The notes: generated by a model from the sequence alone, not told the origin. Counted from the first letter of the whole stretch, positions 1-13,463 are shown. The stretch is DNA of 63,850 nucleotides, filler included, from Lama guanicoe (GCA_013239625.1; 198 parts of 198 records of this genome joined end to end with filler, not necessarily neighbours in it), one strand, 5' to 3'. Numbers and translations: made by a program.

Positions 1-148
1 TAGCTCAAGTGGTAGAGTGCATGATTGGCATGCATGAATTCGTGAGTTCAATCCCCAGTACCTCCTCCAAGAATAAATAAATACTAAATAAACCTAATTA
101 CCCCACCAAAATTAATTAATTAATTAATTAATTAATTAAAAAAAAAAA
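1..148 (+). mobile_element. tRNA-derived SINE, camelid Vic-1-like, 5'-truncated, with A/AATT-rich tail
   Basis: A-box-like TAGCTCAAGTGGTAG at 1-15 and B-box-like GAGTTCAATCCC at 44-55, then AAATAAACCTAATTACC, (AATT)n and poly-A. Family name is from recall. Confidence 0.85.
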
Positions 149-732
149 CCATAATTGTGAAGGATGAACTCGATCTCGCTCGGCCAAAGTCAAAGTGTCA
201 GCTGGACTGGTTCCTTCCGGAGANNNNNNNNNNNNNNNNNNNNNNNNNNNNNNNNNNNNNNNNNNNNTTAATTAATTAANNNNNNNNNNNNNNNNNNNNN
301 NNNNNNNNNNNNNNNNNNNNNNNAAATCTTTCTTGTAGCTCGGAATCCTAGAAACTCACCTGCCGGGCAAAAGTAACCAGTTCCGTCTCCTGAGCTGCCG
401 CTTTGGGGGTGGCGTTAACTCTCCCTTCATCCCCCAAGGATAGGGGGCAGAGGACAGGGGCAACCAAAGAATGCTTGTCACTGGCTGGGGGCACGTTGAT
501 GTGACAACAGTCCTGTCTCTTTCTGCTCCTCCAGCATTTGATGGTGNNNNNNNNNNNNNNNNNNNNNNNNNNNNNNNNNNNNNNNNNNNNTTAATTAATT
601 AANNNNNNNNNNNNNNNNNNNNNNNNNNNNNNNNNNNNNNNNNNNNAGCCAGTTCTTCCCCTCAGCTGAATCAACAGCAACAAGAGCCTCTTTCACAAAC
701 AGACACTCAGGAGCCTGAACTGTCACTCCTCC

Positions 733-869
733 TGGGACGGGCTCCTTAACCGCAGCACTGGTGACACGCGGGGCTGCACCGTTCCTTGTTGGGGGCCATC
801 CTGAGCACCGTGGGACGGCGAGTCGCACCCCTGGTCCCCACCCGGATAGATGCCAGGAGCCCCTCTCCC
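733..869 (+). mobile_element. MER20-like hAT DNA transposon fragment
   Basis: TTCCTTGTTGGGGGCCATCCTGAGCACCGTGGGA...CCCTGGTCCCCACCCGGATAGATGCCAG resembles the recalled MER20 consensus. Confidence 0.6.
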
Positions 870-1938
870 NNNNNNNNNNNNNNNNNNNNNNNNNNNNNNN
901 NNNNNNNNNNNNNTTAATTAATTAANNNNNNNNNNNNNNNNNNNNNNNNNNNNNNNNNNNNNNNNNNNNTTGCAGTCAATTCCTAGATGTTATATCATTT
1001 CATCTGTAAATATTTCAATCTGTATGTAAAATATAAGGGTTCTTTTTAAAAACATAACAAAATACCAGTTTTACATCTGAGACTGACAATAAATCCATCA
1101 GCATTCAAATTTTACAAAATACCGGTAGCAAGAGTTAAGACTAATACGAAAGAGTCAATGTGGTCTTCCAGAATAAAAAACCATTAGCAACANNNNNNNN
1201 NNNNNNNNNNNNNNNNNNNNNNNNNNNNNNNNNNNNTTAATTAATTAANNNNNNNNNNNNNNNNNNNNNNNNNNNNNNNNNNNNNNNNNNNNGCAAAGGC
1301 TTTCTTCCTGGCTTCTTGAAAACCAGCCTCTCTCAGGCTCCCTCTTGCCGGCCTGGCAGCAACTTCTCTGTCCACCTTGTTGGTGCCTCTCCTCCTCCTT
1401 GTCACGGGCCACAATGTCTTCGATCTGGCCCTCCTGTGCCTTCACACCGTTCTCTCTGGGTTACCCGGTCCCGACCTGACTTTAAGCACCACCTCTATGC
1501 TGAGATGTCTGAATTNNNNNNNNNNNNNNNNNNNNNNNNNNNNNNNNNNNNNNNNNNNNTTAATTAATTAANNNNNNNNNNNNNNNNNNNNNNNNNNNNN
1601 NNNNNNNNNNNNNNNCTTTAAAAGCTAAAGTCTCATCTAGTTATGAAATATTTGGGTATCACCTGTGAACACAATATAAAGTGACAATTATAATAATTAT
1701 TAGATCATATACTTTGTTTATGGTATATATGTACATATGCATACATATATTTAATTAATAATTTTTATGGTCAGCAGCTATCTTTCAACCCAAAGATTTG
1801 TACTACTGTTTTTATTTCATGTTGTGATGCTAAATTTTNNNNNNNNNNNNNNNNNNNNNNNNNNNNNNNNNNNNNNNNNNNNTTAATTAATTAANNNNNN
1901 NNNNNNNNNNNNNNNNNNNNNNNNNNNNNNNNNNNNNN

Positions 1939-2148
1939 CAGGCGATGTCTTACTGTGTTTTCACATGGTTAGAAGCGCTGAGCTGTCCCTCTGGAGCTTC
2001 TTTCACAAGGGCATTAATGTTATTCATGAGGGCTCCATTGCCATGGCCTACTCACCTCCCAAAAGCCCTACCTCCTAATACCATCACATTGGGAATCAGA
2101 GTTTTAACATATAAATTTGGGGGGAACACAGACATTTAGACCATAGCA
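1939..2148 (-). mobile_element. MaLR LTR 5' end (MLT1A/MST-like)
   Basis: Reverse complement begins TGCTATGGTCTAAATGTCTGTGTTCCCCCCAAATTTATATGTT...GTGATGGTATTAGGAGG, typical of an MLT1A LTR start. Confidence 0.8.
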
Positions 2149-2261
2149 GGCAGTTTCTTAANNNNNNNNNNNNNNNNNNNNNNNNNNNNNNNNNNNNNNN
2201 NNNNNTTAATTAATTAANNNNNNNNNNNNNNNNNNNNNNNNNNNNNNNNNNNNNNNNNNNN

Positions 2262-2484
2262 TTTTTTCAGATTCATTTCCATTATGTTATTATCAGAAAT
2301 TGTTATATGGATAAAGTTCCCTGTGCTATATTCAGTAAGCCCTTGTTGTTTATCTGTTTTGTATAGAGTAATGTGTATTGTTAATCCCCAAATCCTAATT
2401 TATCCCTCCCTCGCCCATTCCCCTTTGGTAACCATAGATTGTTTTCCATGGCCCTGAGTCTATTTTGGTTTGTAAATAAGATTT
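2262..2484 (-). mobile_element. L1 3' UTR fragment (cetartiodactyl-type)
   Basis: GTTCCCTGTGCTATA...TTAATCCCCAAATCCTAATTTATCCCTCCC...CCCTTTGGTAACCAT; similar to contigs at 15502 and 19701. Confidence 0.8.
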
Positions 2485-3244
2485 NNNNNNNNNNNNNNNN
2501 NNNNNNNNNNNNNNNNNNNNNNNNNNNNTTAATTAATTAANNNNNNNNNNNNNNNNNNNNNNNNNNNNNNNNNNNNNNNNNNNNGGACTTTTACTAGATT
2601 TTTGCTTTTTTATAATCTTTTCCCGTATTACCCAAATTTCTACAGAAGCATGAATATCTTTGTAATCAAATTAAATGTATAGATTGTATGTATAGAGGAT
2701 ATATCCTTAAAGGCCTCCTGCACATGTGACTTGGGGATTTATTTGCAAGAAACTGTAGCCATCATCCTTTTCTTTCCAAGAATTTGCTGTTTCTGCACCG
2801 TATGGAANNNNNNNNNNNNNNNNNNNNNNNNNNNNNNNNNNNNNNNNNNNNTTAATTAATTAANNNNNNNNNNNNNNNNNNNNNNNNNNNNNNNNNNNNN
2901 NNNNNNNCTTTTGATGATAATAGGACCCACCTAAGAGGATTTCTCACCACCTTTTCATCTTATTCTTTGTCATTTCCATTGCCATTCTGTGAAATGTTTT
3001 GTCCAGCTTAACTAGAATGTAAACATTTATCAACAAATTTGAAGCAAGAATCAAGACATGGTGGGTACTTATGTAACCACGCACAGGCCAGACTTACTAT
3101 CTGCATAGAGTTCTCTGTAAACAGATGAGTNNNNNNNNNNNNNNNNNNNNNNNNNNNNNNNNNNNNNNNNNNNNTTAATTAATTAANNNNNNNNNNNNNN
3201 NNNNNNNNNNNNNNNNNNNNNNNNNNNNNNCCACACTCCTGCAT

Positions 3245-3453
3245 CTGGATCCCAGCTCCGATGCTAGCTGTCGGGCCTTATGCAAATTTCTTAACCTCTA
3301 GGGGCTTCAATCTCCTCACCCACATAATGAGGGGGATAATAATAGCAATTTATAGGACTACTGTGATGAGTCAATGATTTGCTAATTGTGAAAACATTTG
3401 GAACATTAACCGCAGGCATGTGAAAAACTCTACCTAAGCATTAGCTATGAATA
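3245..3453 (+). mobile_element. MIR SINE fragment
   Basis: CCCAGCTCC...TAGCTGT...CTTAACCTCT...GGGGATAATAATAG MIR core-like segment. Confidence 0.75.
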
Positions 3454-5168
3454 NNNNNNNNNNNNNNNNNNNNNNNNNNNNNNNNNNNNNNNNNNNNTTA
3501 ATTAATTAANNNNNNNNNNNNNNNNNNNNNNNNNNNNNNNNNNNNNNNNNNNNTTATGGCAGATTTCTCTAATCTATTAGAACATTGTATTAAATGAACA
3601 GCGTGGGCCTGCAAAGTGTTTGTAATGGTTAAGAAAGACAATATTCTCATTAGCAAGAGGCTGTGAAAATACAGGAAAATAACTTTATGAGTGTGGCAGA
3701 CAGGTTGCCTACCACATAATTAAGTAGGACCTCATTATTGTATTTGTCTCCCTGAAAAAAACATTTTTTTTAAGTTNNNNNNNNNNNNNNNNNNNNNNNN
3801 NNNNNNNNNNNNNNNNNNNNTTAATTAATTAANNNNNNNNNNNNNNNNNNNNNNNNNNNNNNNNNNNNNNNNNNNNCCTCACAACAATTTACAACATAGT
3901 TGTTACTATTATTAATCCTGCCCCAGAGGTGAAGAAAAGTCAGTGTTCCCAGGGTCAGACAGGTAGATTCCCGGGCCAATGAAGGACATACACTTAGCCT
4001 TGGGTTGTATAATCACCAAGTGCACAGCATTCAGCCTGAAACGGAGTGGGTGCTCCTTCTTCTCCAGCTTGCCTCATTTCCACTCTCCTGCATCCCTTCN
4101 NNNNNNNNNNNNNNNNNNNNNNNNNNNNNNNNNNNNNNNNNNNTTAATTAATTAANNNNNNNNNNNNNNNNNNNNNNNNNNNNNNNNNNNNNNNNNNNNT
4201 TCCTGGCCAGCTGGTTCCTGGAGCTGCTCCAGGTCCCTGATGATCAAGTGAGCTTGGTGGCTCTTCCTGGGAAAGCGGCAGCAGGTGATGTCCCGGTTTG
4301 TTTCACAGGAACTTGCGACTCTGGCTTCCACTGCTTGGACCCCAAGTCACTGCGTGGCCCAAAGGAAGCCATTGAAGACAATGGTGACGGTGACGGTGAC
4401 AGCCAACCCCACCTCTGCTGAGNNNNNNNNNNNNNNNNNNNNNNNNNNNNNNNNNNNNNNNNNNNNTTAATTAATTAANNNNNNNNNNNNNNNNNNNNNN
4501 NNNNNNNNNNNNNNNNNNNNNNCTCTGGGCCCAGCTGTCTCGGGAAGCCCAGGGCAGGCCTGAGATGCAGTCCAGGTGCAGGCCCGCAGATGCAGGGAGG
4601 TGGATTTACATACAGATAGATGAAGGTTCAGTGGGTCCTAGTGGACCACCAGCAGTGTCTACTATGGTGTGTGCCCCAAACTGGACATCACTAGATACCA
4701 AACCACAGCCTAGCCTTGCTATCTTCTGTGGGGAAAATGAGGTCCNNNNNNNNNNNNNNNNNNNNNNNNNNNNNNNNNNNNNNNNNNNNTTAATTAATTA
4801 ANNNNNNNNNNNNNNNNNNNNNNNNNNNNNNNNNNNNNNNNNNNNTTTTGCATTTATAGAAATAATTTTTTTCTCCTTTAATCTGTCAATGCTAATGCTA
4901 TAAATTATTTAGAATTTCTAAAACTACCTTTACATGTCTTAAGTAGACCCAACATGATCACAATATAATGATGATCATGACCTATGTAAACTATATTCAG
5001 TTCAGTCCTGTCTAGGATTTTTTTTACATCTGTGCTTATGCATGAGATTAGTATATGTAATTCTTGTGNNNNNNNNNNNNNNNNNNNNNNNNNNNNNNNN
5101 NNNNNNNNNNNNTTAATTAATTAANNNNNNNNNNNNNNNNNNNNNNNNNNNNNNNNNNNNNNNNNNNN

Positions 5169-5391
5169 GTCCTGACAACAAAACAATGTTCCTTACCGTC
5201 TGGTTCTGTAAGAATGAAGTCACCGACCTGCTGCAGCCGCTGACCTTCTGTGACACACTGTGAAAGGAGTTCAGGGTGGAGATCAGGAATGGGGCGCCCT
5301 GTGCTCTGGGAAAACTTGCAGAACAGGCCTTCAGATAGTTATGTATTTTCAGGAGAAGATTTTATAAGCCCAATTTCTGGCATTTTCTGTT
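5169..5391. mobile_element. Probable ERV LTR fragment
   Basis: GGAGTTCAGGGTGGAGATCAGGAAT...CTGTGCTCTGGGAAAACTTGCAGAACAGG resembles recalled artiodactyl LTRs; family not determined. Confidence 0.4.
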
Positions 5392-6139
5392 NNNNNNNNN
5401 NNNNNNNNNNNNNNNNNNNNNNNNNNNNNNNNNNNTTAATTAATTAANNNNNNNNNNNNNNNNNNNNNNNNNNNNNNNNNNNNNNNNNNNNCCATATACT
5501 CTTTTGGCTTTTACATACCATTATATATTGGTTATTAGTTTATAATTTTTATCATTAAATTTGAATACAGGCAGAATAATAGAAGATAAATGTCAGTCAT
5601 AAAGAATCATGAGACAATCAAAATCTCTGTCTAAGAAAAGGAACATTATTACTTTTGAAGTCCCGTATTTTCATTTCGATTCTAATTATTCCCCTCTCAA
5701 TGATCAATTAAAACNNNNNNNNNNNNNNNNNNNNNNNNNNNNNNNNNNNNNNNNNNNNTTAATTAATTAANNNNNNNNNNNNNNNNNNNNNNNNNNNNNN
5801 NNNNNNNNNNNNNNAGTTTCAGAGCCTTCCACGGTCCTTATTCAGTTTTGGCCTGGCTAGCGGACCCTACAGAGAATTTCAACAGCAGCTGGGGAGCAAG
5901 TTGCTACAAGCGGGTCTTCCTAGCATCTTTTATATCCTAGGCTGATACGGCAACTTGTTGGTCTGTGGGCAAGGCTGTTGTTGTGATGTCTGTGATGTGC
6001 TGTAAAATATGTCATTCAGGATACTGGGGGAGTACACNNNNNNNNNNNNNNNNNNNNNNNNNNNNNNNNNNNNNNNNNNNNTTAATTAATTAANNNNNNN
6101 NNNNNNNNNNNNNNNNNNNNNNNNNNNNNNNNNNNNNAC

Positions 6140-6330
6140 CTGGCCTCCTTTCCACTCGTTTGTAGGTGCCCATGCAGACAGCCAGCGTGACCTGGTTTTC
6201 ATTGAGGTCATCAGAGATAATGATTAAGTGGAAACACTCCACCCCACTCAGACATCTCCCTTTCCCCTGCTGATCCCCATTGCGAGCGAAAGCGCAGTGT
6301 GCCTTCCGGCGTTCCTCCCAGAACTTGTGC
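6140..6330 (-). CDS. Candidate internal coding exon (191 nt), product unidentified
   Basis: On the minus strand TCACCTCCCTTGAACTCTAG| acceptor, open frame HKFWEERRKAHCAFARNGDQQGKGRCLSGVECFHLIIISDDLNENQVTLAVCMGTYKRVERRP, then CAG|GT at the contig end. Confidence 0.45.
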
Positions 6331-8164
6331 CTAGAGTTCAAGGGAGGTGACACAGTGGCANNNNNNNNNNNNNNNNNNNNNNNNNNNNNNNNNNNNNNNN
6401 NNNNTTAATTAATTAANNNNNNNNNNNNNNNNNNNNNNNNNNNNNNNNNNNNNNNNNNNNTAAGTGACGCCAAATATCCTCTCAATGAAAATGTAACCAA
6501 AGCCCCCAAAAGGAAGACCAGATTTCCGAGTGGGACCAGGAAGAGAGGGGCACGGGCTGGTAAAAGGCAGAAAGGAAACCCAGAAGGGAAGGTGTCGGAG
6601 TCCTGAGATGGGGAGTCCATGGAACTTTTTAACAAATCAGATTTAAGTATTAACTCCAAGAGCGGCCATAACAAATTTTTTTTNNNNNNNNNNNNNNNNN
6701 NNNNNNNNNNNNNNNNNNNNNNNNNNNTTAATTAATTAANNNNNNNNNNNNNNNNNNNNNNNNNNNNNNNNNNNNNNNNNNNNCTGAGTCCAATATGTTC
6801 CATTTAAAGGGGTGAAGAGACTTATTTATAAGATCTTGCTTTTATTATTCTCATATGGGCAGAGAGCCAAATGATGGAGAGATATATATATATACTTAAG
6901 ATGGCCAGAAGAGAATTTTCTTCTCTAAGAAGAGAAAGTATTTAGTAGAATACAGAAATTTGGAAATTCCTCTGGTAATGAAGTCTATTAAAGCTGATAA
7001 AGAATANNNNNNNNNNNNNNNNNNNNNNNNNNNNNNNNNNNNNNNNNNNNTTAATTAATTAANNNNNNNNNNNNNNNNNNNNNNNNNNNNNNNNNNNNNN
7101 NNNNNNTTTGAACCTAAAGTTTGGGGTATTAGTTCTGAAAGACACGTCCTTAAGTACATCTTCTTATAAGTCTGAGTTCATCGACTGTTCTGTCCTCTCC
7201 TGGTAGACTGCAGAAAGCTGATTTCTTAAGCAAAGAAAGTGATAGTAATTGGGTTACTTCTGTTTTCCCTTTAAGGAGGCAAAACAGCTGTGATTGACTG
7301 AAACCATAGAGGGAGAAGAGCAGTTGATANNNNNNNNNNNNNNNNNNNNNNNNNNNNNNNNNNNNNNNNNNNNTTAATTAATTAANNNNNNNNNNNNNNN
7401 NNNNNNNNNNNNNNNNNNNNNNNNNNNNNCACCATGCTCTGATAAATTAAAAGTTGGTCTAATTATTTAATGAAATGTCAGTTGTGGGTATACCCGTGCC
7501 CCCCGGAAGATTGGCTCTTGGTCTTCTTTCTGGACTTGAGATCCTAAGACAACGTTGCTTAATCTTGTGAACCACTCTGGAAGATCCTCAGACGAAGACT
7601 TGTGTTAGCCAAATCAGGAGCGAAGGCAAAACATTGCCTAAAATCGTTAATGNNNNNNNNNNNNNNNNNNNNNNNNNNNNNNNNNNNNNNNNNNNNTTAA
7701 TTAATTAANNNNNNNNNNNNNNNNNNNNNNNNNNNNNNNNNNNNNNNNNNNNGTCTCAGGTCGTGTCTCCTGGCTTCTCATTCCTTGTCTTTATTCATTT
7801 ACGCGCTTTTGCGGGGTGGGGGAGGCACAGCTCGGGGGCGCAGTGACGGTGTTGCAACTGGGAGCGCGTTGCCAAGGTGCAGACAGCCTTGAGGTGCAAG
7901 GTGCCTCGCCAACCAGCTAGACAGTCTGACCTGCGTTCTAGAAGCTTGTGAGAGCGTCGGTGGAAGATCCTGTTGNNNNNNNNNNNNNNNNNNNNNNNNN
8001 NNNNNNNNNNNNNNNNNNNTTAATTAATTAANNNNNNNNNNNNNNNNNNNNNNNNNNNNNNNNNNNNNNNNNNNNCTCTGTGTCTGCACACATGCAAGAC
8101 GCCAGCCTACGGCCTGCAGCTGACACGGAAGGAAGAAAGCCCGGGGGACCTACGGGACGTCGTT

Positions 8165-8298
8165 AAGGAAATAGACAACGCATTGCTGGAGTCCCGGAAG
8201 AAGAAAGAGGAATCATGGCTGAGACCTTACCAAACATGGGGAGAGATTCGGACATCCATATTCATGAAGCTCGTAGGTCCCCAAAAATTCAACTCAAA
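8165..8298 (+). mobile_element. Degenerate L1 ORF1 fragment
   Basis: ATCATGGCTGAGACCTTACCAAACATGGGGAGAGATTCGGACATCCATATTCATGAAGCTCGTAGGTCCCCA encodes IMAETLPNMGRDSDIHIHEARRSP, like L1 ORF1p IxxENFPNL...IQIQEAQRTP. Confidence 0.7.
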
Positions 8299-10336
8299 NN
8301 NNNNNNNNNNNNNNNNNNNNNNNNNNNNNNNNNNNNNNNNNNTTAATTAATTAANNNNNNNNNNNNNNNNNNNNNNNNNNNNNNNNNNNNNNNNNNNNTT
8401 TGATGAGGGGAGGGGCTTTTGTGAGGTTATTCACTATTCATACCTCCCCCAGAGCGTGGCTGACATATAGTGCGCCATTGAAAATGCTTTCTGGAAGGAA
8501 GGAAGGGTGGGCTCTGTTCAGCATTCGTGTTGGACTGCAAGTCATATGTTGGCCTGTTCCTTTTACCTTCAGTTGGTTTCCGGATTCTCCTTGGTAATTG
8601 ATAGCTAACAACTTAAAAAAANNNNNNNNNNNNNNNNNNNNNNNNNNNNNNNNNNNNNNNNNNNNTTAATTAATTAANNNNNNNNNNNNNNNNNNNNNNN
8701 NNNNNNNNNNNNNNNNNNNNNGGAGGATTTGAATTCTGCTCTTTCCATGCTGGCCCTTCCTGAGCTTGGGCCGTCAGCTGAGGCCTGAATGTCTGTCTGG
8801 TGTAGACCAGACTCCAAGACTGGTGTAGGAATGCTAACAAGAGGCCTCCAGTGTGCATTGAGTAGGGGGGTATTTTAAAGCCCTTGTGTGTGAGAAAACA
8901 ATTCCAAAATCGCTCTTCACTGCCTAGAACTAGGGAGGTGGGGGNNNNNNNNNNNNNNNNNNNNNNNNNNNNNNNNNNNNNNNNNNNNTTAATTAATTAA
9001 NNNNNNNNNNNNNNNNNNNNNNNNNNNNNNNNNNNNNNNNNNNNATTTGCATAACATGAGCACGGGTCCTGACTACAAATGACCTACTCCAAGCTGCCCT
9101 ATCTCCAAATGCCTATTTAAGGAAAAAATAGTTATTATTATTATTCTTAAATTTAAATCTTAGCTGGTAGGCCCCGTTTTTTTCTTAAGAATGCCACCCT
9201 GTAAAAGTTTATAAAGCCTTGGTGTGTGAAGAAGTTCATTAAAGTTTCAATATAAAAGCAAAACCAANNNNNNNNNNNNNNNNNNNNNNNNNNNNNNNNN
9301 NNNNNNNNNNNTTAATTAATTAANNNNNNNNNNNNNNNNNNNNNNNNNNNNNNNNNNNNNNNNNNNNCAGCTTAACTTCATTAGATTTGATGAGGAGGAC
9401 ATTGTGATGGTCTTGCCTGAAAATGCACAATAACTTTGCTATAATGACAGAAGTCCACTTGCGCATAAATTCTATACTTGGAGCAGAACAAAGAGAATTG
9501 CAGAATTACAGGGGAAAGGAGCAGGGGCCCTAAACAAGCCGTACTTGAAACTAATTCTTCTGGATTTTTCAGCTATATAGCTAACCCAGTNNNNNNNNNN
9601 NNNNNNNNNNNNNNNNNNNNNNNNNNNNNNNNNNTTAATTAATTAANNNNNNNNNNNNNNNNNNNNNNNNNNNNNNNNNNNNNNNNNNNNCCCTGAATCA
9701 CTTAATAGTACCCATCCTTAAGTTTCACCTTACTTTTTAATTTCTCCACAAGGCCTTCCCTTACCCCATTGCTAAAATAAGGTTCCTCATGTTAAACTCT
9801 ATTGAGCTGCACGTACTTCCCTTTCCACTGCATATACCCCAACTCTAATGTTTTTATCAACTACACTGAAGTTTCGGGAGACCAAGATGTGTGTCCGTCA
9901 TCTATTCTCAGCANNNNNNNNNNNNNNNNNNNNNNNNNNNNNNNNNNNNNNNNNNNNTTAATTAATTAANNNNNNNNNNNNNNNNNNNNNNNNNNNNNNN
10001 NNNNNNNNNNNNNCTTAAGAGGAGGCAAGGCTTTCCCTAGAGATGTAATTTCGTGCATTACAATATTAAAACAGGAGAGGATACACACTGTAATGCAGTG
10101 GATTCGTCCGATTGTCTCCATTAACACTCAGGGGAATGAGGCCCCGTCTCCCCGTGGCACTGCTGGGGCAGAGAAAAGAGCGCTGGCGCCCCAGGAGGCC
10201 CAGGCTCGCTGACTGACCTCACCCCTACATGGATTTNNNNNNNNNNNNNNNNNNNNNNNNNNNNNNNNNNNNNNNNNNNNTTAATTAATTAANNNNNNNN
10301 NNNNNNNNNNNNNNNNNNNNNNNNNNNNNNNNNNNN

Positions 10337-11205
10337 TAATTACATTTATTATCTTTGAGGATTTTAGATGCAATTTTGCCAGAGTGAAAAATTGCAGAAA
10401 CCTGCTTTTGGGATGTGATTTTACTATTTTCATATGATTAATCCTGTCTGGGTCCCATAACATTTATTACCTCACCTTAACAATCATACAAAACAGTATA
10501 ATTGCTTAGGTGCTGGTCATCAATCTTTTATGGAACTTCAAATGAGGAAACAGAAAAAGNNNNNNNNNNNNNNNNNNNNNNNNNNNNNNNNNNNNNNNNN
10601 NNNTTAATTAATTAANNNNNNNNNNNNNNNNNNNNNNNNNNNNNNNNNNNNNNNNNNNNCTCACAAAAATTCAGTGACTGCTGCCCCAACCGCATTATAA
10701 AGGGGTTATACCCTGTTCGCTGAATCTTGCTTGCTCGTGACCTGGAATGGAGGACCCCCCGTCCCCGAGCTCGGGATCTGGAGGTAATACACCTTGTGAA
10801 TTCTTTCCTTGGCATGAGTGTCTTGGCATTGCACCTTCAATCAAAATGGTGCTGGGATCTTCACATCCCCAAAGTGGGGGCTNNNNNNNNNNNNNNNNNN
10901 NNNNNNNNNNNNNNNNNNNNNNNNNNTTAATTAATTAANNNNNNNNNNNNNNNNNNNNNNNNNNNNNNNNNNNNNNNNNNNNTAATTACATTTATTATCT
11001 TTGAGGATTTTAGATGCAATTTTGCCAGAGTAAAAAATTGCAGAAATCTGCTTTTGGGATGTGATTTTACTATTTTCATATGATTAATCCTGACTGGGTC
11101 CCATAACATTTATTACCTCACCGTAACAATCATACAAAACAGTATAATTGCTTAGCTGCTGGTCATCAATCTTTTATGGAACTTCAAATGAGGAAACAGA
11201 AAAAG
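10337..11205 (+). repeat. Near-identical contig pair A (10337-10559 and 10983-11205)
   Basis: 5 substitutions, no indels, 49 identical nt at each end. Confidence 0.97.
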
Positions 11206-12273
11206 NNNNNNNNNNNNNNNNNNNNNNNNNNNNNNNNNNNNNNNNNNNNTTAATTAATTAANNNNNNNNNNNNNNNNNNNNNNNNNNNNNNNNNNNNNNN
11301 NNNNNTAGAATCCATTAGCGTGTCTTCCCTTTGTATTTTCCTACGCCGGGCTGCAAGGGAAAGCTGTTGGCTGGGCTTGGAAGTCAAGTAGCTGCGAGTG
11401 CCCCCTGATTGACTCTGGAGGTAATTAGCAGACATCTACATAACGGGAAACAAGTGTGCCCCCAGTCTTCTGCCTGCTCTTGGTCTCCCCACCTTCCCCC
11501 CACACAAGGCTTTTTTCCGGAATCCTGANNNNNNNNNNNNNNNNNNNNNNNNNNNNNNNNNNNNNNNNNNNNTTAATTAATTAANNNNNNNNNNNNNNNN
11601 NNNNNNNNNNNNNNNNNNNNNNNNNNNNCTGTCTTCTCTAGTGACAATGCAGCCCATTTTGTGAAAGCAGAGCCATGATCAGAAAGTAACGTGTATTTCT
11701 AGGGGCCAGACATGAAATGCAGTGAGTGTGGTCTGTTCGAGATTCAAAAGGCAGTCTGCCAGGTCTGGAGGAGAGTGACAAGGGAAGTGTGATACAGGTA
11801 GAATTCAGACCACGTGGGGACCTGACAGGCTGGGATAAGGAGCCTGGACTTNNNNNNNNNNNNNNNNNNNNNNNNNNNNNNNNNNNNNNNNNNNNTTAAT
11901 TAATTAANNNNNNNNNNNNNNNNNNNNNNNNNNNNNNNNNNNNNNNNNNNNCTCAGCTTTGGCTGGGGAAGTAGTTTTGCTGGTAAATAAATTCGGGTGA
12001 AGCATTACGATAAATATTCTTCCCGTCTCTTGTGCTTTCTTCACTGGAAACTGAAGAGATTGAAATAGATGAGCTCTAAGGTCTCCTCTAGTTCTAAAAT
12101 CCTACGTTAAAAATTACCAGACTAATAAGCAAGATTACACTGTATAGCACAGGGAAATATACACAAAATGTTANNNNNNNNNNNNNNNNNNNNNNNNNNN
12201 NNNNNNNNNNNNNNNNNTTAATTAATTAANNNNNNNNNNNNNNNNNNNNNNNNNNNNNNNNNNNNNNNNNNNN

Positions 12274-12467
12274 AGGAACTTCAAACCGGCACTAGGAAAC
12301 AGACTGAGAAACCAGAGCAATTATTTCACCTGCAACCCGTTCCGTTTATGCATGATAAATGAACGTCTCTCTACATGCTTAATTTTGAGGGATAATTGTG
12401 TGGAGAGCCGTCCTTCACCTAGCTTGTTGGGAACGGAAAGTTTCTTTTCAGTTTGTAACTCCACTGC
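12274..12467 (+). repeat. Copy 1 of an unidentified repeat family (possible satellite), homologous to 41369-41563
   Basis: Colinear alignment over ~195 nt with about one indel. Shared blocks include ACTGAGAAACCAGAG, CGTCCTTCA and TCTTTTCAGTTT. Confidence 0.8.
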
Positions 12468-12694
12468 ATACATATATATTGTGAGGTACAAGCTNNNNNN
12501 NNNNNNNNNNNNNNNNNNNNNNNNNNNNNNNNNNNNNNTTAATTAATTAANNNNNNNNNNNNNNNNNNNNNNNNNNNNNNNNNNNNNNNNNNNNTGAGGA
12601 CCAGGCCTTACAAAACGCTGAGAATCTGGTGGAGCAATGGCCTCTTTTCTACTGAGACAGGAGAGAGAAGAAAGGGCAATTGATTTTATTAGTA

Positions 12695-12817
12695 ATTTTA
12701 AAAATTAAAGTATAGTTCATTAAAATGTTGTGTTAGAGTTTCTGGTGTACAGCATAGTGATTCAGTCATACATATATATTATTTTTCATGTTCTTTTCCA
12801 TTATAGGTTATTACAAG
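12695..12817 (-). mobile_element. L1 extreme 3' end
   Basis: AAGTATAGTT...TTTCTGGTGTACAGCATAGTGATTCAGT...TTCTTTTCCATTATAGGTTATTACAAG; reverse of the L1 tail seen at 22608. Confidence 0.75.
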
Positions 12818-12917
12818 NNNNNNNNNNNNNNNNNNNNNNNNNNNNNNNNNNNNNNNNNNNNTTAATTAATTAANNNNNNNNNNNNNNNNNNNNNNNNNNN
12901 NNNNNNNNNNNNNNNNN

Positions 12918-13463
12918 ATAGTACGTGCTCAATAAATATTTACATTCTCCATTAGGTTTCAGGGGAACCCTCCAAGGGGACATCCTCCTGATCTCAGCCT
13001 GCTCTCAAGACGTGACACTGCCTGGAGTTAAGGCCACAGCTGAGTGGGAAGCAGTTCAGAGCATTCAGGGCTTATGTAGCAGGATGCATACCTTTTCGAG
13101 AATCAGTACAAGGCACTGCAAAAACACACCAACCACAAAANNNNNNNNNNNNNNNNNNNNNNNNNNNNNNNNNNNNNNNNNNNNTTAATTAATTAANNNN
13201 NNNNNNNNNNNNNNNNNNNNNNNNNNNNNNNNNNNNNNNNATAGTACGTGCTCAATAAATATTTACATTCTCCATTAGGTTTCAGGGGACCCCTCCAAGG
13301 GGACATCCTCCTGATCTCAGCCTGCTCTCAAGACGTGGCACTGCCTGGAGTTAAGGCCACAGCTGAGTGGGAAGCAGTTCAGAGCACGCAGGGCTTATGT
13401 AGCAGGATGCATAGCTTTTCGAGAATCAGTACAAGGCACTGCAAAAACACACCAACCACAAAA
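12918..13463 (+). repeat. Near-identical contig pair B (12918-13140 and 13241-13463)
   Basis: 5 substitutions, 49 identical nt at each end. Confidence 0.97.

Noticed and set aside
1..60. Possible tRNA gene
   Set aside because: It has A and B boxes but no convincing cloverleaf and continues into a SINE body and poly-A tail.
108..140. (AATT)n run containing TTAATTAATTAA inside the first contig
   Set aside because: It is not flanked by Ns and sits in the A-rich tail of the SINE, so it is a natural microsatellite rather than a linker or a signal.
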